A stretch of DNA of 64,000 nucleotides from Clostridia bacterium (GTDB lineage: Bacteria > Bacillota > Clostridia > Oscillospirales > Acutalibacteraceae), in contig JAFPAV010000020.1 in assembly GCA_017390725.1 (NCBI GenBank), positions 3,898 through 67,897 on the forward strand, in the 5' to 3' direction. The notes under the pieces were generated by a model. The model ran no database searches, was not told the DNA's origin, and saw only the letters and a program-made list of their open reading frames with translations. Positions 48,060 through 56,237 of this stretch are shown here, one piece after another. How positions within the stretch are numbered: position 1 is the stretch's first letter; the number at the start of each line of letters is the position of its first letter. A program made the position numbers and the translations under genes.

Positions 48060-49883
48060 TTATCTTTTTTCAATAGCTTTAAATTTACAGTTACCCATAC
48101 ATACGCCACACTTAACGCACTTTTCAGCGTCAATTACATAGGATGGGAGCTTATGACCGGGAGCAATATAATCGGTCTTTGTAATTGCATCAGCAGGACA
48201 ATTTCTTGCGCACATTCCGCAACCGATACATTTATCCTGATCAATAACGAAGGAAACGAGATCCTTACAAACGCCTGCAGGACACTTTTTATCAACAACG
48301 TGAGCGATATATTCATCACGGAAGAATTTGAGTGTTGCAAGAACGGGGTTAGGAGCAGTCTGACCGAGACCGCAAAGAGAATTCTGCTTAATGTAGTTAC
48401 AGAGTTCTTCGAGTCTGTCAATATCCTCGATAGTTCCCTTGCCCATTGTAATCTTATCAAGTAATTCAAGAAGACGCTTTGTACCAACACGGCAAGGAGT
48501 ACACTTACCGCAGGATTCATCAACGGTAAATTCAAGGAAGAATTTAGCCATATCAACCATACAGCTATCTTCGTCCATAACGATAAGTCCGCCAGAACCC
48601 ATCATACAACCGATAGCGGTGAGGTTATCATAGTCAACAGGTGTATCAATAAGGTCTGCAGGAATACAACCGCCTGAAGGACCACCTGTCTGAGCAGCCT
48701 TGAACTTCTTACCATTAGGTATACCGCCGCCGATTTCATGGATGATTTCACGCAAAGTAGTACCCATAGGAATTTCAACAAGACCTGTATGTTCAATATT
48801 ACCGCCGAGAGCGAATACCTTAGTACCCTTTGAATTTTCAGTACCCATAGATGCAAACCATTCTGCACCACGGAGAATAATCTGAGGAATATTAGCAAAG
48901 GTCTCAACGTTATTTTCAACTGTGGGAGAGTTATAAAGTCCCTTAACTGCAGGATAAGGAGGACGAGGACGGGGCTCACCACGGTTACCCTCAATAGAGG
49001 TCATAAGAGCTGTTTCCTCACCGCAAACGAAAGCACCTGCGCCAAGACGGATTTCAAGGTCGAAATCAAATCCGGAATCGAAAATATTTTTACCGAGAAG
49101 ACCGTATTCTTTAGCCTGGTCGATAGCCTTCTGTAAGCGTTTAACTGCTATAGGATACTCTGCACGTACATAAACAAAGCCCTTTGTAGCGCCGATAGCA
49201 TAACCGGCAATGGTCATTGCTTCAATTAAACAATGGGGGTCACCCTCAAGAACGGAACGGTCCATAAATGCACCCGGGTCACCCTCGTCTGCATTACATA
49301 CAACATATTTCTGAGGAGCCTTATTGGGAGCGCAGAGAGACCATTTACGGCCTGTGGGGAATCCACCGCCGCCTCTACCACGGAGACCGGAATCGGTAAC
49401 GCATTTGATAACATCCTCAGGTGTCATCTCAGTAAGAACCTTACCAAGAGCAGCATAACCGTCCATAGCGATATATTCATCGATATCTTCAGGATCGATA
49501 ACACCGCAGTTACGTAAAACAACACGGTTCTGTGTCTTGTAGAAAGCAGTATCATTCAGTGAAACATTAACATTTGCTTTTTCAGCATTATCGTCGCCTG
49601 TATCATTGTAAACAAGGCGTTCAACAATACGTCCCTTTAAAAGATGCTCTTCAACGATTTCTTTAACATCGTCGGTAGTTACACGGCTGTAGAATGTACC
49701 GTCAGGATAAACGATAACAACCGGACCTAAGGCGCAAAGACCAAAACAACCGGTTTGTACAACCTTAACCTCCTCGGAAAGTCCTGCTTTTTCGATATTT
49801 TCGGCAAAAGCTGCCTGAATATCAAGACTTCCTGAAGAAGTACAACCCGTACCACCGCAAATTAAAACATGTGCACGAATCAT
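48060..49883 (-). CDS. hydB: NADH-binding flavoprotein subunit HydB (NuoF-like, with N-terminal 2Fe-2S and C-terminal 2x[4Fe-4S])
   Basis: 607 aa. GRGGGGFPTG (FMN/NADH site), a NuoF 4Fe-4S motif (CGKCTPCR) and C-terminal CIGCGMCARNCP/CVKCGVCMGNC. Confidence 0.9.
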   Translation of the reverse strand: MIRAHVLICGGTGCTSSGSLDIQAAFAENIEKAGLSEEVKVVQTGCFGLCALGPVVIVYPDGTFYSRVTTDDVKEIVEEHLLKGRIVERLVYNDTGDDNAEKANVNVSLNDTAFYKTQNRVVLRNCGVIDPEDIDEYIAMDGYAALGKVLTEMTPEDVIKCVTDSGLRGRGGGGFPTGRKWSLCAPNKAPQKYVVCNADEGDPGAFMDRSVLEGDPHCLIEAMTIAGYAIGATKGFVYVRAEYPIAVKRLQKAIDQAKEYGLLGKNIFDSGFDFDLEIRLGAGAFVCGEETALMTSIEGNRGEPRPRPPYPAVKGLYNSPTVENNVETFANIPQIILRGAEWFASMGTENSKGTKVFALGGNIEHTGLVEIPMGTTLREIIHEIGGGIPNGKKFKAAQTGGPSGGCIPADLIDTPVDYDNLTAIGCMMGSGGLIVMDEDSCMVDMAKFFLEFTVDESCGKCTPCRVGTKRLLELLDKITMGKGTIEDIDRLEELCNYIKQNSLCGLGQTAPNPVLATLKFFRDEYIAHVVDKKCPAGVCKDLVSFVIDQDKCIGCGMCARNCPADAITKTDYIAPGHKLPSYVIDAEKCVKCGVCMGNCKFKAIEKR

Positions 49884-49901
49884 ATTTTTTTACCTCCAAA
49901 T

Positions 49902-50282
49902 TTATGCGTTTTGATTGGCAATGGTAAATTCAGTAACTACCTTACCGCCATCAAGATGCTCTTTAACAATGCGCTTAGCTTTCTCAGCGTCTATTTTAAC
50001 ATAGGTAACCTTTTCTTTTCCAGCTTCAATGATTTCCACAATAGGCTCATATTGGCATAAACCGATACAACCTGTCTGAGAAACGGTAACCTTTGAAGCA
50101 AGACCGGAATTATTTACCTCTTCAACAAGAGTGTTAAGAACGGGACGTGCGCCTGCAGAAATACCGCAGGTTGCCATACCGACAACAACTCTTATTGCTT
50201 CGCCACCCTCACGGAGAACAACTTTATTTTTCATTTTCTCCTTAATTGCCTGTAATTCAGCTAATGTTTTCATAAAATCCAT
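49902..50282 (-). CDS. Thioredoxin-like [2Fe-2S] ferredoxin domain protein
   Basis: 126 aa. Cys pattern MATCGISAG...GCIGLCQYEP. Confidence 0.75.
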   Translation of the reverse strand: MDFMKTLAELQAIKEKMKNKVVLREGGEAIRVVVGMATCGISAGARPVLNTLVEEVNNSGLASKVTVSQTGCIGLCQYEPIVEIIEAGKEKVTYVKIDAEKAKRIVKEHLDGGKVVTEFTIANQNA

Positions 50283-50294
50283 CCTTTCTGAAAA

Positions 50295-50843
50295 TTAATT
50301 TTCGGAATACTGTTCTTTTAGGTATTCCTCTATCCATTTGATTACTTCAAAGCTGTTCAGCGGTATATCGCCAAGGATTTCCCTCACCTGCCTTGTATCA
50401 AGCGAAATTTCCTTTGAACAAAGCTTATGTAAAAAAAGGAAATCTGTATCGGGATGCCCGTGAATCAGCGTTATAATGCTTGAAACAACATCTCCAAGTG
50501 GAGTGTAATCAATATGATTTTTATTAAATGTTGCCGTAACCGTTGTACCGTGTTCTTGCGGAAAATCATCAATATACTTTGAAGCGATTTTAAGATTTCC
50601 GCCTGTCTGTTCCGCCTGTAGCTTTAAAAAAGGCAAGCCAAGTCCGACTTTACGGGTAGTGCGTGTAGTACAAAAAGGATCTGTTACGTTGGCTAAAATT
50701 TCTGCAGTCATTCCGCATCCGTTATCTTTAATGGTGAGTGTAAGCCTGTTATCTGTTTCATCAAGCAGAATTTCTGTTAAAGTAGCTTTAGCTTTAACGG
50801 AGTTTTCTGCAATATCGAGAATATTTAAAGATAATTCCTTCAT
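50295..50843 (-). CDS. Stand-alone GHKL (HATPase_c) ATP-binding protein
   Basis: 182 aa. N box NILDIAENS, G1 box IKDNGCGM, G2-like KVGLGLPF. No DHp or sensor domain. Confidence 0.7.
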   Translation of the reverse strand: MKELSLNILDIAENSVKAKATLTEILLDETDNRLTLTIKDNGCGMTAEILANVTDPFCTTRTTRKVGLGLPFLKLQAEQTGGNLKIASKYIDDFPQEHGTTVTATFNKNHIDYTPLGDVVSSIITLIHGHPDTDFLFLHKLCSKEISLDTRQVREILGDIPLNSFEVIKWIEEYLKEQYSEN

Positions 50844-50847
50844 TTTT

Positions 50848-51573
50848 TCACCTTAAAAAATCAAATAATTTTTTACGGACAAAATCACTGCTGTATGGTT
50901 CATCATCCAGTTCAAAATAATGTTCCTTTTCATTAATATCCCAAAGATAATGGGCATCTGAACTGAATATAATTTTATCGTTAGAAACACCCGTGAACTT
51001 ACATAATTCTTCAGCCTTATTTTTATTATGAATTTCAGCACAGGAAAACTGCGGAGATTCAGGGAAAAAGCCTAAAACCGAAAGAATTCCGTAAGAACTA
51101 CGGTCAATATGGGCAGGATACATTATTCCGCCCAAAGATAAAACCTTTTTATAAGCTTCCTCAAGAGAAATATCAGTAGCATTAGAAAGAAGAAAATCAT
51201 CGTTTCCTATTACAACATCATTTTCATCAAGTATTAACTGTTCACCGAAAATATCGATGCGGTTTTCAACCTTGATTAATCGTTTATAAACGAAATCATC
51301 AAATTCTAATGCCCTCTCGAGCTGTTCAAAAAGACATACAAAGTGAATTTCTTCTGCCGTTGTGAGCTCCATACCGGCAACAGGAATAACACCGTGTCTT
51401 TTTGCAGCTTTAAAAAAGGCAGGACAGTTTTTGCAACTGTTATGGTCGGTTATCGCCATAATATTTAATCCGTTAAGCTCCCCCATTCCGGCAATATTAT
51501 TTGGGGTTGAATCGGTATCACCACAGGGAGATAAACAGGAATGAATATGAAGATCATAATAATATTTATTCAT
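50848..51573 (-). CDS. PHP-domain phosphoesterase
   Basis: 241 aa. The N-terminal YYDLHIHS plus ITDHN and later His/Asp motifs are typical of PHP (polymerase/histidinol phosphatase) domains. Confidence 0.75.
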   Translation of the reverse strand: MNKYYYDLHIHSCLSPCGDTDSTPNNIAGMGELNGLNIMAITDHNSCKNCPAFFKAAKRHGVIPVAGMELTTAEEIHFVCLFEQLERALEFDDFVYKRLIKVENRIDIFGEQLILDENDVVIGNDDFLLSNATDISLEEAYKKVLSLGGIMYPAHIDRSSYGILSVLGFFPESPQFSCAEIHNKNKAEELCKFTGVSNDKIIFSSDAHYLWDINEKEHYFELDDEPYSSDFVRKKLFDFLR

Positions 51574-51896
51574 ATAACTTTACTTAAAAACACCGAAGCC
51601 TCATAGGTTGTAAGCGATGTTTTGAGTATATTTATTTGTTTTTGCAAAGCAATTTTAGCCGTTTCATCGTCAATTTCTACATTTTCACTAAGAATAATAC
51701 AAGAAACATCAGATAAGGAAGCTACAGCAATAATGTTAACATTGGACATAATGGTAATCCAAGCATCGTCAGCCTCAGCTCTGCCCATAACCCAGCTTAA
51801 AAGGTCACCACAATAAACACCGTTAATTTTTCTTTCGCCGTCAGAGATATTAACGGCTGTAAAATTATCGAGTTTTGAAAGCTCATTTACAGTCAT
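51570..51896 (-). CDS. DRTGG domain protein
   Basis: 108 aa. Resembles the small DRTGG-domain proteins. 4-nt overlaps with both neighbours. Confidence 0.6.
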   Translation of the reverse strand: MTVNELSKLDNFTAVNISDGERKINGVYCGDLLSWVMGRAEADDAWITIMSNVNIIAVASLSDVSCIILSENVEIDDETAKIALQKQINILKTSLTTYEASVFLSKVI

Positions 51897-53176
51897 TCTG
51901 TCTCCTCCTGAAGCTTTGAATTGTTATCGGCTTGTCTATGTTTAAGAATAAGACAGTTATCAATAACCGCATTACCTTTTACAACATCCTCTGCAAAAGC
52001 ACGGCAATTCGGTGCACCGCACGAACCGCAATCTATACCCGGAAGCTCACCCTTAAGCTTTTGAATCTCCGACATCATCCGCATGGATTCAGCCATATTA
52101 CTGCTAAGTCTTGAGATAGGATTGTATGTAGGGAATTCTTCAAAAAAGTAGCTATCAGGTATATAATCCTCATCACTCGAAAGAAAATTCTGAGACACAG
52201 GTAGATATTTGCGAAGACTTTGAAGTCTTGCACGGGCAATAAATGGATTTTGAATCGTCATAACACCGCCGACACAGCCACCTGTACAAGCATTGAGTTC
52301 GATAAACTCAAGCTGAGGTATATTACCGTTCTCAATCTGGTCTAATACACGGTTAACATTTTCAATTCCATCGGCCGCAAGATACTTTTCATTAAAAAGC
52401 GAAGCCGCTTCACCGCCGGTTGTTGCCCATCCGATACCTATCATACCGGAATTGGAAAGGGTTTTGATATTACTGTCAGGCTCCATCTTGCTAATAAGCT
52501 GAAAATAAATATCACTAATGGAAACAACAACATCTACTAAACTTTCATAGCTGGAAAAACCGTTTTTTACGTAACTAACTTTTCCGGGACAAGGAGAAAT
52601 AAAGCAAACACCTATTTCCTCATCCTTAAGCTCAGGGTGTTCCCTCTTAGCTTTGTCTCTCGCAAGAAAAGCGGCCACCTCCATTGGAGGTAGAATATGA
52701 ATTATATTTTCCTTAAGCGAAGGATATCTTAAAGCTACAAGTCGCATAATAACAGGACATGCTGAACTGATAGCAGGTTTTTTGATACCTTCGGTTTTGA
52801 GATAACGTCTTGTGTATGCCGATACAAGCTCGGCAGCAGCTGAAACTTCAAAAACATCGTCAAAACCGATTTTAAGAAGTCCGTCTAAGACATAATCAAC
52901 ATCCTCGAGATTATCGAATTGACCGTATAATGTAGGTGCCGGAAGTGCAATTTTCCACTTAAAACGATCCATTTCAGAAAGTGGATTGCTCGAAGCCTTT
53001 TTTGCCTTATTTGGACAAACTCTTATACATTCACCGCAATCTATACATCTTTCCTGATCTATAACGGCGTGATTATTTCTTATTCTTATTGCTTCAGTAG
53101 GACAATGTCTCAAACACGTTGTACATCCATTGCATTTTTCAACATCAAGATAAACGGAATGCTCATATTTATTCAT
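51893..53176 (-). CDS. [FeFe]-hydrogenase-like protein (H-cluster domain with altered motifs, N-terminal 2x[4Fe-4S], C-terminal 4-Cys module); putative sensory HydS-like
   Basis: 427 aa. CNGCTTCLRHCP and CIDCGECIRVCP. H-domain motif equivalents are SSACPV, SPCPGK and ELNACTGGCVGG. C-terminal CGSCGAPNCRAF. Confidence 0.75.
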   Translation of the reverse strand: MNKYEHSVYLDVEKCNGCTTCLRHCPTEAIRIRNNHAVIDQERCIDCGECIRVCPNKAKKASSNPLSEMDRFKWKIALPAPTLYGQFDNLEDVDYVLDGLLKIGFDDVFEVSAAAELVSAYTRRYLKTEGIKKPAISSACPVIMRLVALRYPSLKENIIHILPPMEVAAFLARDKAKREHPELKDEEIGVCFISPCPGKVSYVKNGFSSYESLVDVVVSISDIYFQLISKMEPDSNIKTLSNSGMIGIGWATTGGEAASLFNEKYLAADGIENVNRVLDQIENGNIPQLEFIELNACTGGCVGGVMTIQNPFIARARLQSLRKYLPVSQNFLSSDEDYIPDSYFFEEFPTYNPISRLSSNMAESMRMMSEIQKLKGELPGIDCGSCGAPNCRAFAEDVVKGNAVIDNCLILKHRQADNNSKLQEETE

Positions 53177-53193
53177 ATTAACACCTACCGTAA

Positions 53194-53616
53194 TTAAAGC
53201 ATAACCTTCATGGTGATGGTGGTTCCGATACCAACCTCGGATTTTATATCCATATAATCTGTGTATCGTTTCATATTAGGCAATCCCATACCGGCGCCGA
53301 ATCCTAAAGAGCGGATATTATCGGGCGCAGTGGAATAGCCTTCCATCATTGCTTTTTCAATATCTTTAATGCCGGGACCCTTATCAGCAAGTATTATTGT
53401 TATAGCCTCTTCGGTAACATTAACATCAGCGACTCCGCCTGAAGCGTGAATTACCATATTAATCTCACCCTCGTACATAGCAATAGAAACTCTTCTGATA
53501 ATTTCGGGAGAAATGCCGAGCCTTCTCAGGCTTTTTTTAATCTGAATAGAAGCCTGACCGGCTGATGTGAAATCCGAACCGTCAACATCGAAATGAAAAT
53601 TAAGTAATTCGCTCAT
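53194..53616 (-). CDS. GHKL ATPase resembling anti-sigma-factor Ser/Thr kinases (RsbW/SpoIIAB-like)
   Basis: 140 aa. E-N box (MYEGEINMVIHA), DKGPGI (G1) and GFGAGMGLPN (G2). Confidence 0.65.
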   Translation of the reverse strand: MSELLNFHFDVDGSDFTSAGQASIQIKKSLRRLGISPEIIRRVSIAMYEGEINMVIHASGGVADVNVTEEAITIILADKGPGIKDIEKAMMEGYSTAPDNIRSLGFGAGMGLPNMKRYTDYMDIKSEVGIGTTITMKVML

Positions 53617-53969
53617 TGTTCTTTTAATTTGTTACCGACAAGACCATTGCTATATAAAATACCGCATGCATCGTACATCCTTTTGTTGGTTGTAAGAAGC
53701 ACAATGCCGTTTTCCTTTGCAAGATCTATCATTTCGTCGGTAGGTTTTTTTGAACGTACAAGAACAACACAAATCATATCCATCATTTCGGCAGTTCGAA
53801 TCACTTGAGAATTAACGAGACCGGTAAGCAGAACAGCCTGATCCTTAACGAATGCAAGAACATCACTCATCATATCGCTTCCGCAAGCGGAATACACGTG
53901 ATCACCAAGAAGCTCTTCGCAACAAACAACCTCAGCTTCAAGCAGTTCCTTTAGAGTACTAATCTTCAT
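53613..53969 (-). CDS. DRTGG domain protein
   Basis: 118 aa. AVLLTGLVNSQVIRTAEMMD corresponds to the DRTGG-motif region. 4-nt overlap with the downstream gene. Confidence 0.6.
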   Translation of the reverse strand: MKISTLKELLEAEVVCCEELLGDHVYSACGSDMMSDVLAFVKDQAVLLTGLVNSQVIRTAEMMDMICVVLVRSKKPTDEMIDLAKENGIVLLTTNKRMYDACGILYSNGLVGNKLKEQ

Positions 53970-53994
53970 ATAAAATATCCTTTACGGTAAAATA

Positions 53995-54489
53995 TTACGA
54001 ATATTTCTTTAAAATATCCTCAACATCGTCAACGGTAAGACGTCCGTAAACCTCGTCGTTAACTGTAAGAACCGGAGCAAGACCGCAAGCACCGATGCAA
54101 CGGCAGGCAGTTAAAGAAAACTTACCGTCAGGGGTGCATTCGTCAGCACCGATACCTAACAATTCACTGAACTTGTTGAAGATATCGCCGGAACCTTTAA
54201 CATAACAAGCTGTTCCAAGACAAACAGAAATGTTATATTCGCCTTTAGGAGAAAGCGAAAACTGAGCGTAGAAGGTTGAAACACCATACACTTTTTCAAG
54301 AGGTATATCCATTCCCTCTGCTATCATTGTTTGGACTTCTATGGGGAGATAACCATAAACGTCCTGTGCCTGCTGCATAACAGACATTAAAAGACTCTTA
54401 TCGTGCTTACTGGCATCAATTATAGCCTTTAGTTGCTGTTCCTGTTCAGCAGTTCCCTTAAAAGGGAGATTACTGATCTTTTTTTGCAT
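53995..54489 (-). CDS. hydC: NuoE-like [2Fe-2S] subunit HydC of the bifurcating hydrogenase
   Basis: 164 aa. CLGTACYVKGS and CRCIGACGLAPV Cys motifs of the NuoE/HydC family. Confidence 0.85.
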   Translation of the reverse strand: MQKKISNLPFKGTAEQEQQLKAIIDASKHDKSLLMSVMQQAQDVYGYLPIEVQTMIAEGMDIPLEKVYGVSTFYAQFSLSPKGEYNISVCLGTACYVKGSGDIFNKFSELLGIGADECTPDGKFSLTACRCIGACGLAPVLTVNDEVYGRLTVDDVEDILKKYS

Positions 54490-54642
54490 TTAAACAATTC
54501 CTCCTGTAAATTTTTATAGGTATAACCGCAAAATAAGCGCAATCATACGTATACTCATATAGTATAACATATAATTTATAATTTTGAAAGTGCTTTTTGT
54601 TATTTTTTTGACAAATTTTTTGATATGTAATTTGTAAGATAT

Positions 54643-54659
54643 AACAAATATTATTTGTT
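54643..54659. repeat. 17-bp perfect palindrome AACAAATA-T-TATTTGTT in the hydC/SBP divergent spacer
   Basis: Read directly from the sequence. It abuts the predicted -35 of the plus-strand promoter. Confidence 0.8.
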
Positions 54660-54714
54660 GCATAAAACCGAAAAGTATAATATAATATTTTTATCAATTT
54701 TTGGAGATGCATTG

Positions 54715-56202
54715 ATGAATAAATTTTTCAAAATTTTCACCCTATTATTGACGGTTATTTTGTTGGTAACGCTTTGCGGTTGCTCAAAATATGATTCAAA
54801 AGCAAATATTTATTTTGAGTTGAACGAGCTTCCAAAAACATTGGATGCCCAAACTGCCGAAAGTGTTTCGGAGTTGATAGCTGTAAGGAATATATACGAA
54901 GGTTTAACACGCAAAAACGAAGCCGGTGATATCGTTTTAGGTGTTGCCGAAAGTTATGAATATAAAAACCTTACATATACCTTCCAAATCAAAGAGGATG
55001 CTGTTTGGAGCGATGGTACTCCCCTTACCGCCTATGACTTCCTATTTGCGATAAAACGCGCGGTATTACCTGAGACAAATGCGCCATTTGTATATAAGCT
55101 TTATTCAATTAAAAATGCACGAGCAATTTCCGAAGGTAATGCATCAATAAATTCTTTGGGAGTTTCAGTTTTAGGAGATTATACAATCCGTTTTCAATTA
55201 GAATATGAAGACGAGAACTTTTTGCACACATTATCGACTTCGGTTGCAATGCCGTGCAATGAGGAATTTTTTAAAAATTCTATAGGAAAATACGGATTAA
55301 ACTCAGAGTATATTATTTCAAACGGAAGCTACAAGCTCTCCCGTTGGAACCAGGAAAACTTTAAAATTAAACTTTCAAAAAATGATAATTATATTGGAGA
55401 TTTCCAAGCGAAAAACGGTGCCGTATTTTTAACACGCAATGAGGAAGAAACCGCTATTTCGCTACTTCAAAACGATGACGTTGATGCTTCATTTATTGAC
55501 TGTGCGCTAACAAAGGAAGCCGAAAATTCCCAGCTTAAAACTCATAGCTTTGAAAATACATGTTGGATTTTAACCATTTCAAATGAAATACCTTATAATA
55601 TACGTAAATCATTGGCAATGCTCTGCGGTGGTGAATTCTTAAATGAAAAAATGGAATATGGATTTAGAATTGCTGATTCTCTATTCCCTTCTGTTTGTTT
55701 ATCCCGTGAAAGCACAGTAAAGCAATTTACAAAATATGACCTGACAGCTGCTAAAAAAATTTATATGGAATCTGTTAAAGAATTCGAGGATAAAAAATTC
55801 CCTACCGATACCTATTTATCCTATTATGATAACGGATACTTCAAAAATTCGATTACAGCCCTTGTGGGACATTGGCAAAATCATTTAGGGGCCTATGTAA
55901 ATATAGAGGAAACAGATTCTCTTAATAAAATACTTGGTCAACTTAATAATCAAACAAAGGTTATGGCAATATTCCCTATTGTAACGCCTAATAACGATAT
56001 TGCAGAATATTTAAAAAAGTTTAATTTTGATTACAAGGGTCAGGATGTTTCAGTTATACAAGAAACGCTTTTAAAAAATTACAACATAGTTCCGTTAGCT
56101 TTTAGTAACACAACCATAGCCTACGGCAACGGAATAGATGAGATTACCTTTGATACCGATAACGGATATATCGACTTTTCATTTGTAAAGAAACAAAAAT
56201 AA
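54715..56202 (+). CDS. ABC transporter substrate-binding lipoprotein, family 5 (peptide/nickel type), orphan
   Basis: ATG at 54715 after GGAGA. Signal peptide with a lipobox-like LVTLCGCS. The mature part resembles OppA/DppA-type binding proteins. Confidence 0.7.
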   Translation: MNKFFKIFTLLLTVILLVTLCGCSKYDSKANIYFELNELPKTLDAQTAESVSELIAVRNIYEGLTRKNEAGDIVLGVAESYEYKNLTYTFQIKEDAVWSDGTPLTAYDFLFAIKRAVLPETNAPFVYKLYSIKNARAISEGNASINSLGVSVLGDYTIRFQLEYEDENFLHTLSTSVAMPCNEEFFKNSIGKYGLNSEYIISNGSYKLSRWNQENFKIKLSKNDNYIGDFQAKNGAVFLTRNEEETAISLLQNDDVDASFIDCALTKEAENSQLKTHSFENTCWILTISNEIPYNIRKSLAMLCGGEFLNEKMEYGFRIADSLFPSVCLSRESTVKQFTKYDLTAAKKIYMESVKEFEDKKFPTDTYLSYYDNGYFKNSITALVGHWQNHLGAYVNIEETDSLNKILGQLNNQTKVMAIFPIVTPNNDIAEYLKKFNFDYKGQDVSVIQETLLKNYNIVPLAFSNTTIAYGNGIDEITFDTDNGYIDFSFVKKQK

Positions 56203-56203
56203 A

Positions 56204-56236
56204 AAGATAGTCACACAAGTGTGACTATCTTTTTTA
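56204..56236. terminator. Bidirectional hairpin terminator
   Basis: Stem AAAGATAGTCACAC/GTGTGACTATCTTT, flanked by A and T runs. Confidence 0.8.
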
Positions 56237-56237
56237 A

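Noticed and set aside
54470-54714. An 80-aa ORF (54470-54712, minus) and a Rex operator upstream of hydC
   Set aside because: The ORF is AT-rich, reads through the promoter region and overlaps the hydC start, so it is not credible. TTGTAAGATATAACAA (54632-54647) has TTGT/ACAA ends but the wrong spacing (16 bp against about 18 bp) and imperfect symmetry, so I make no Rex call.
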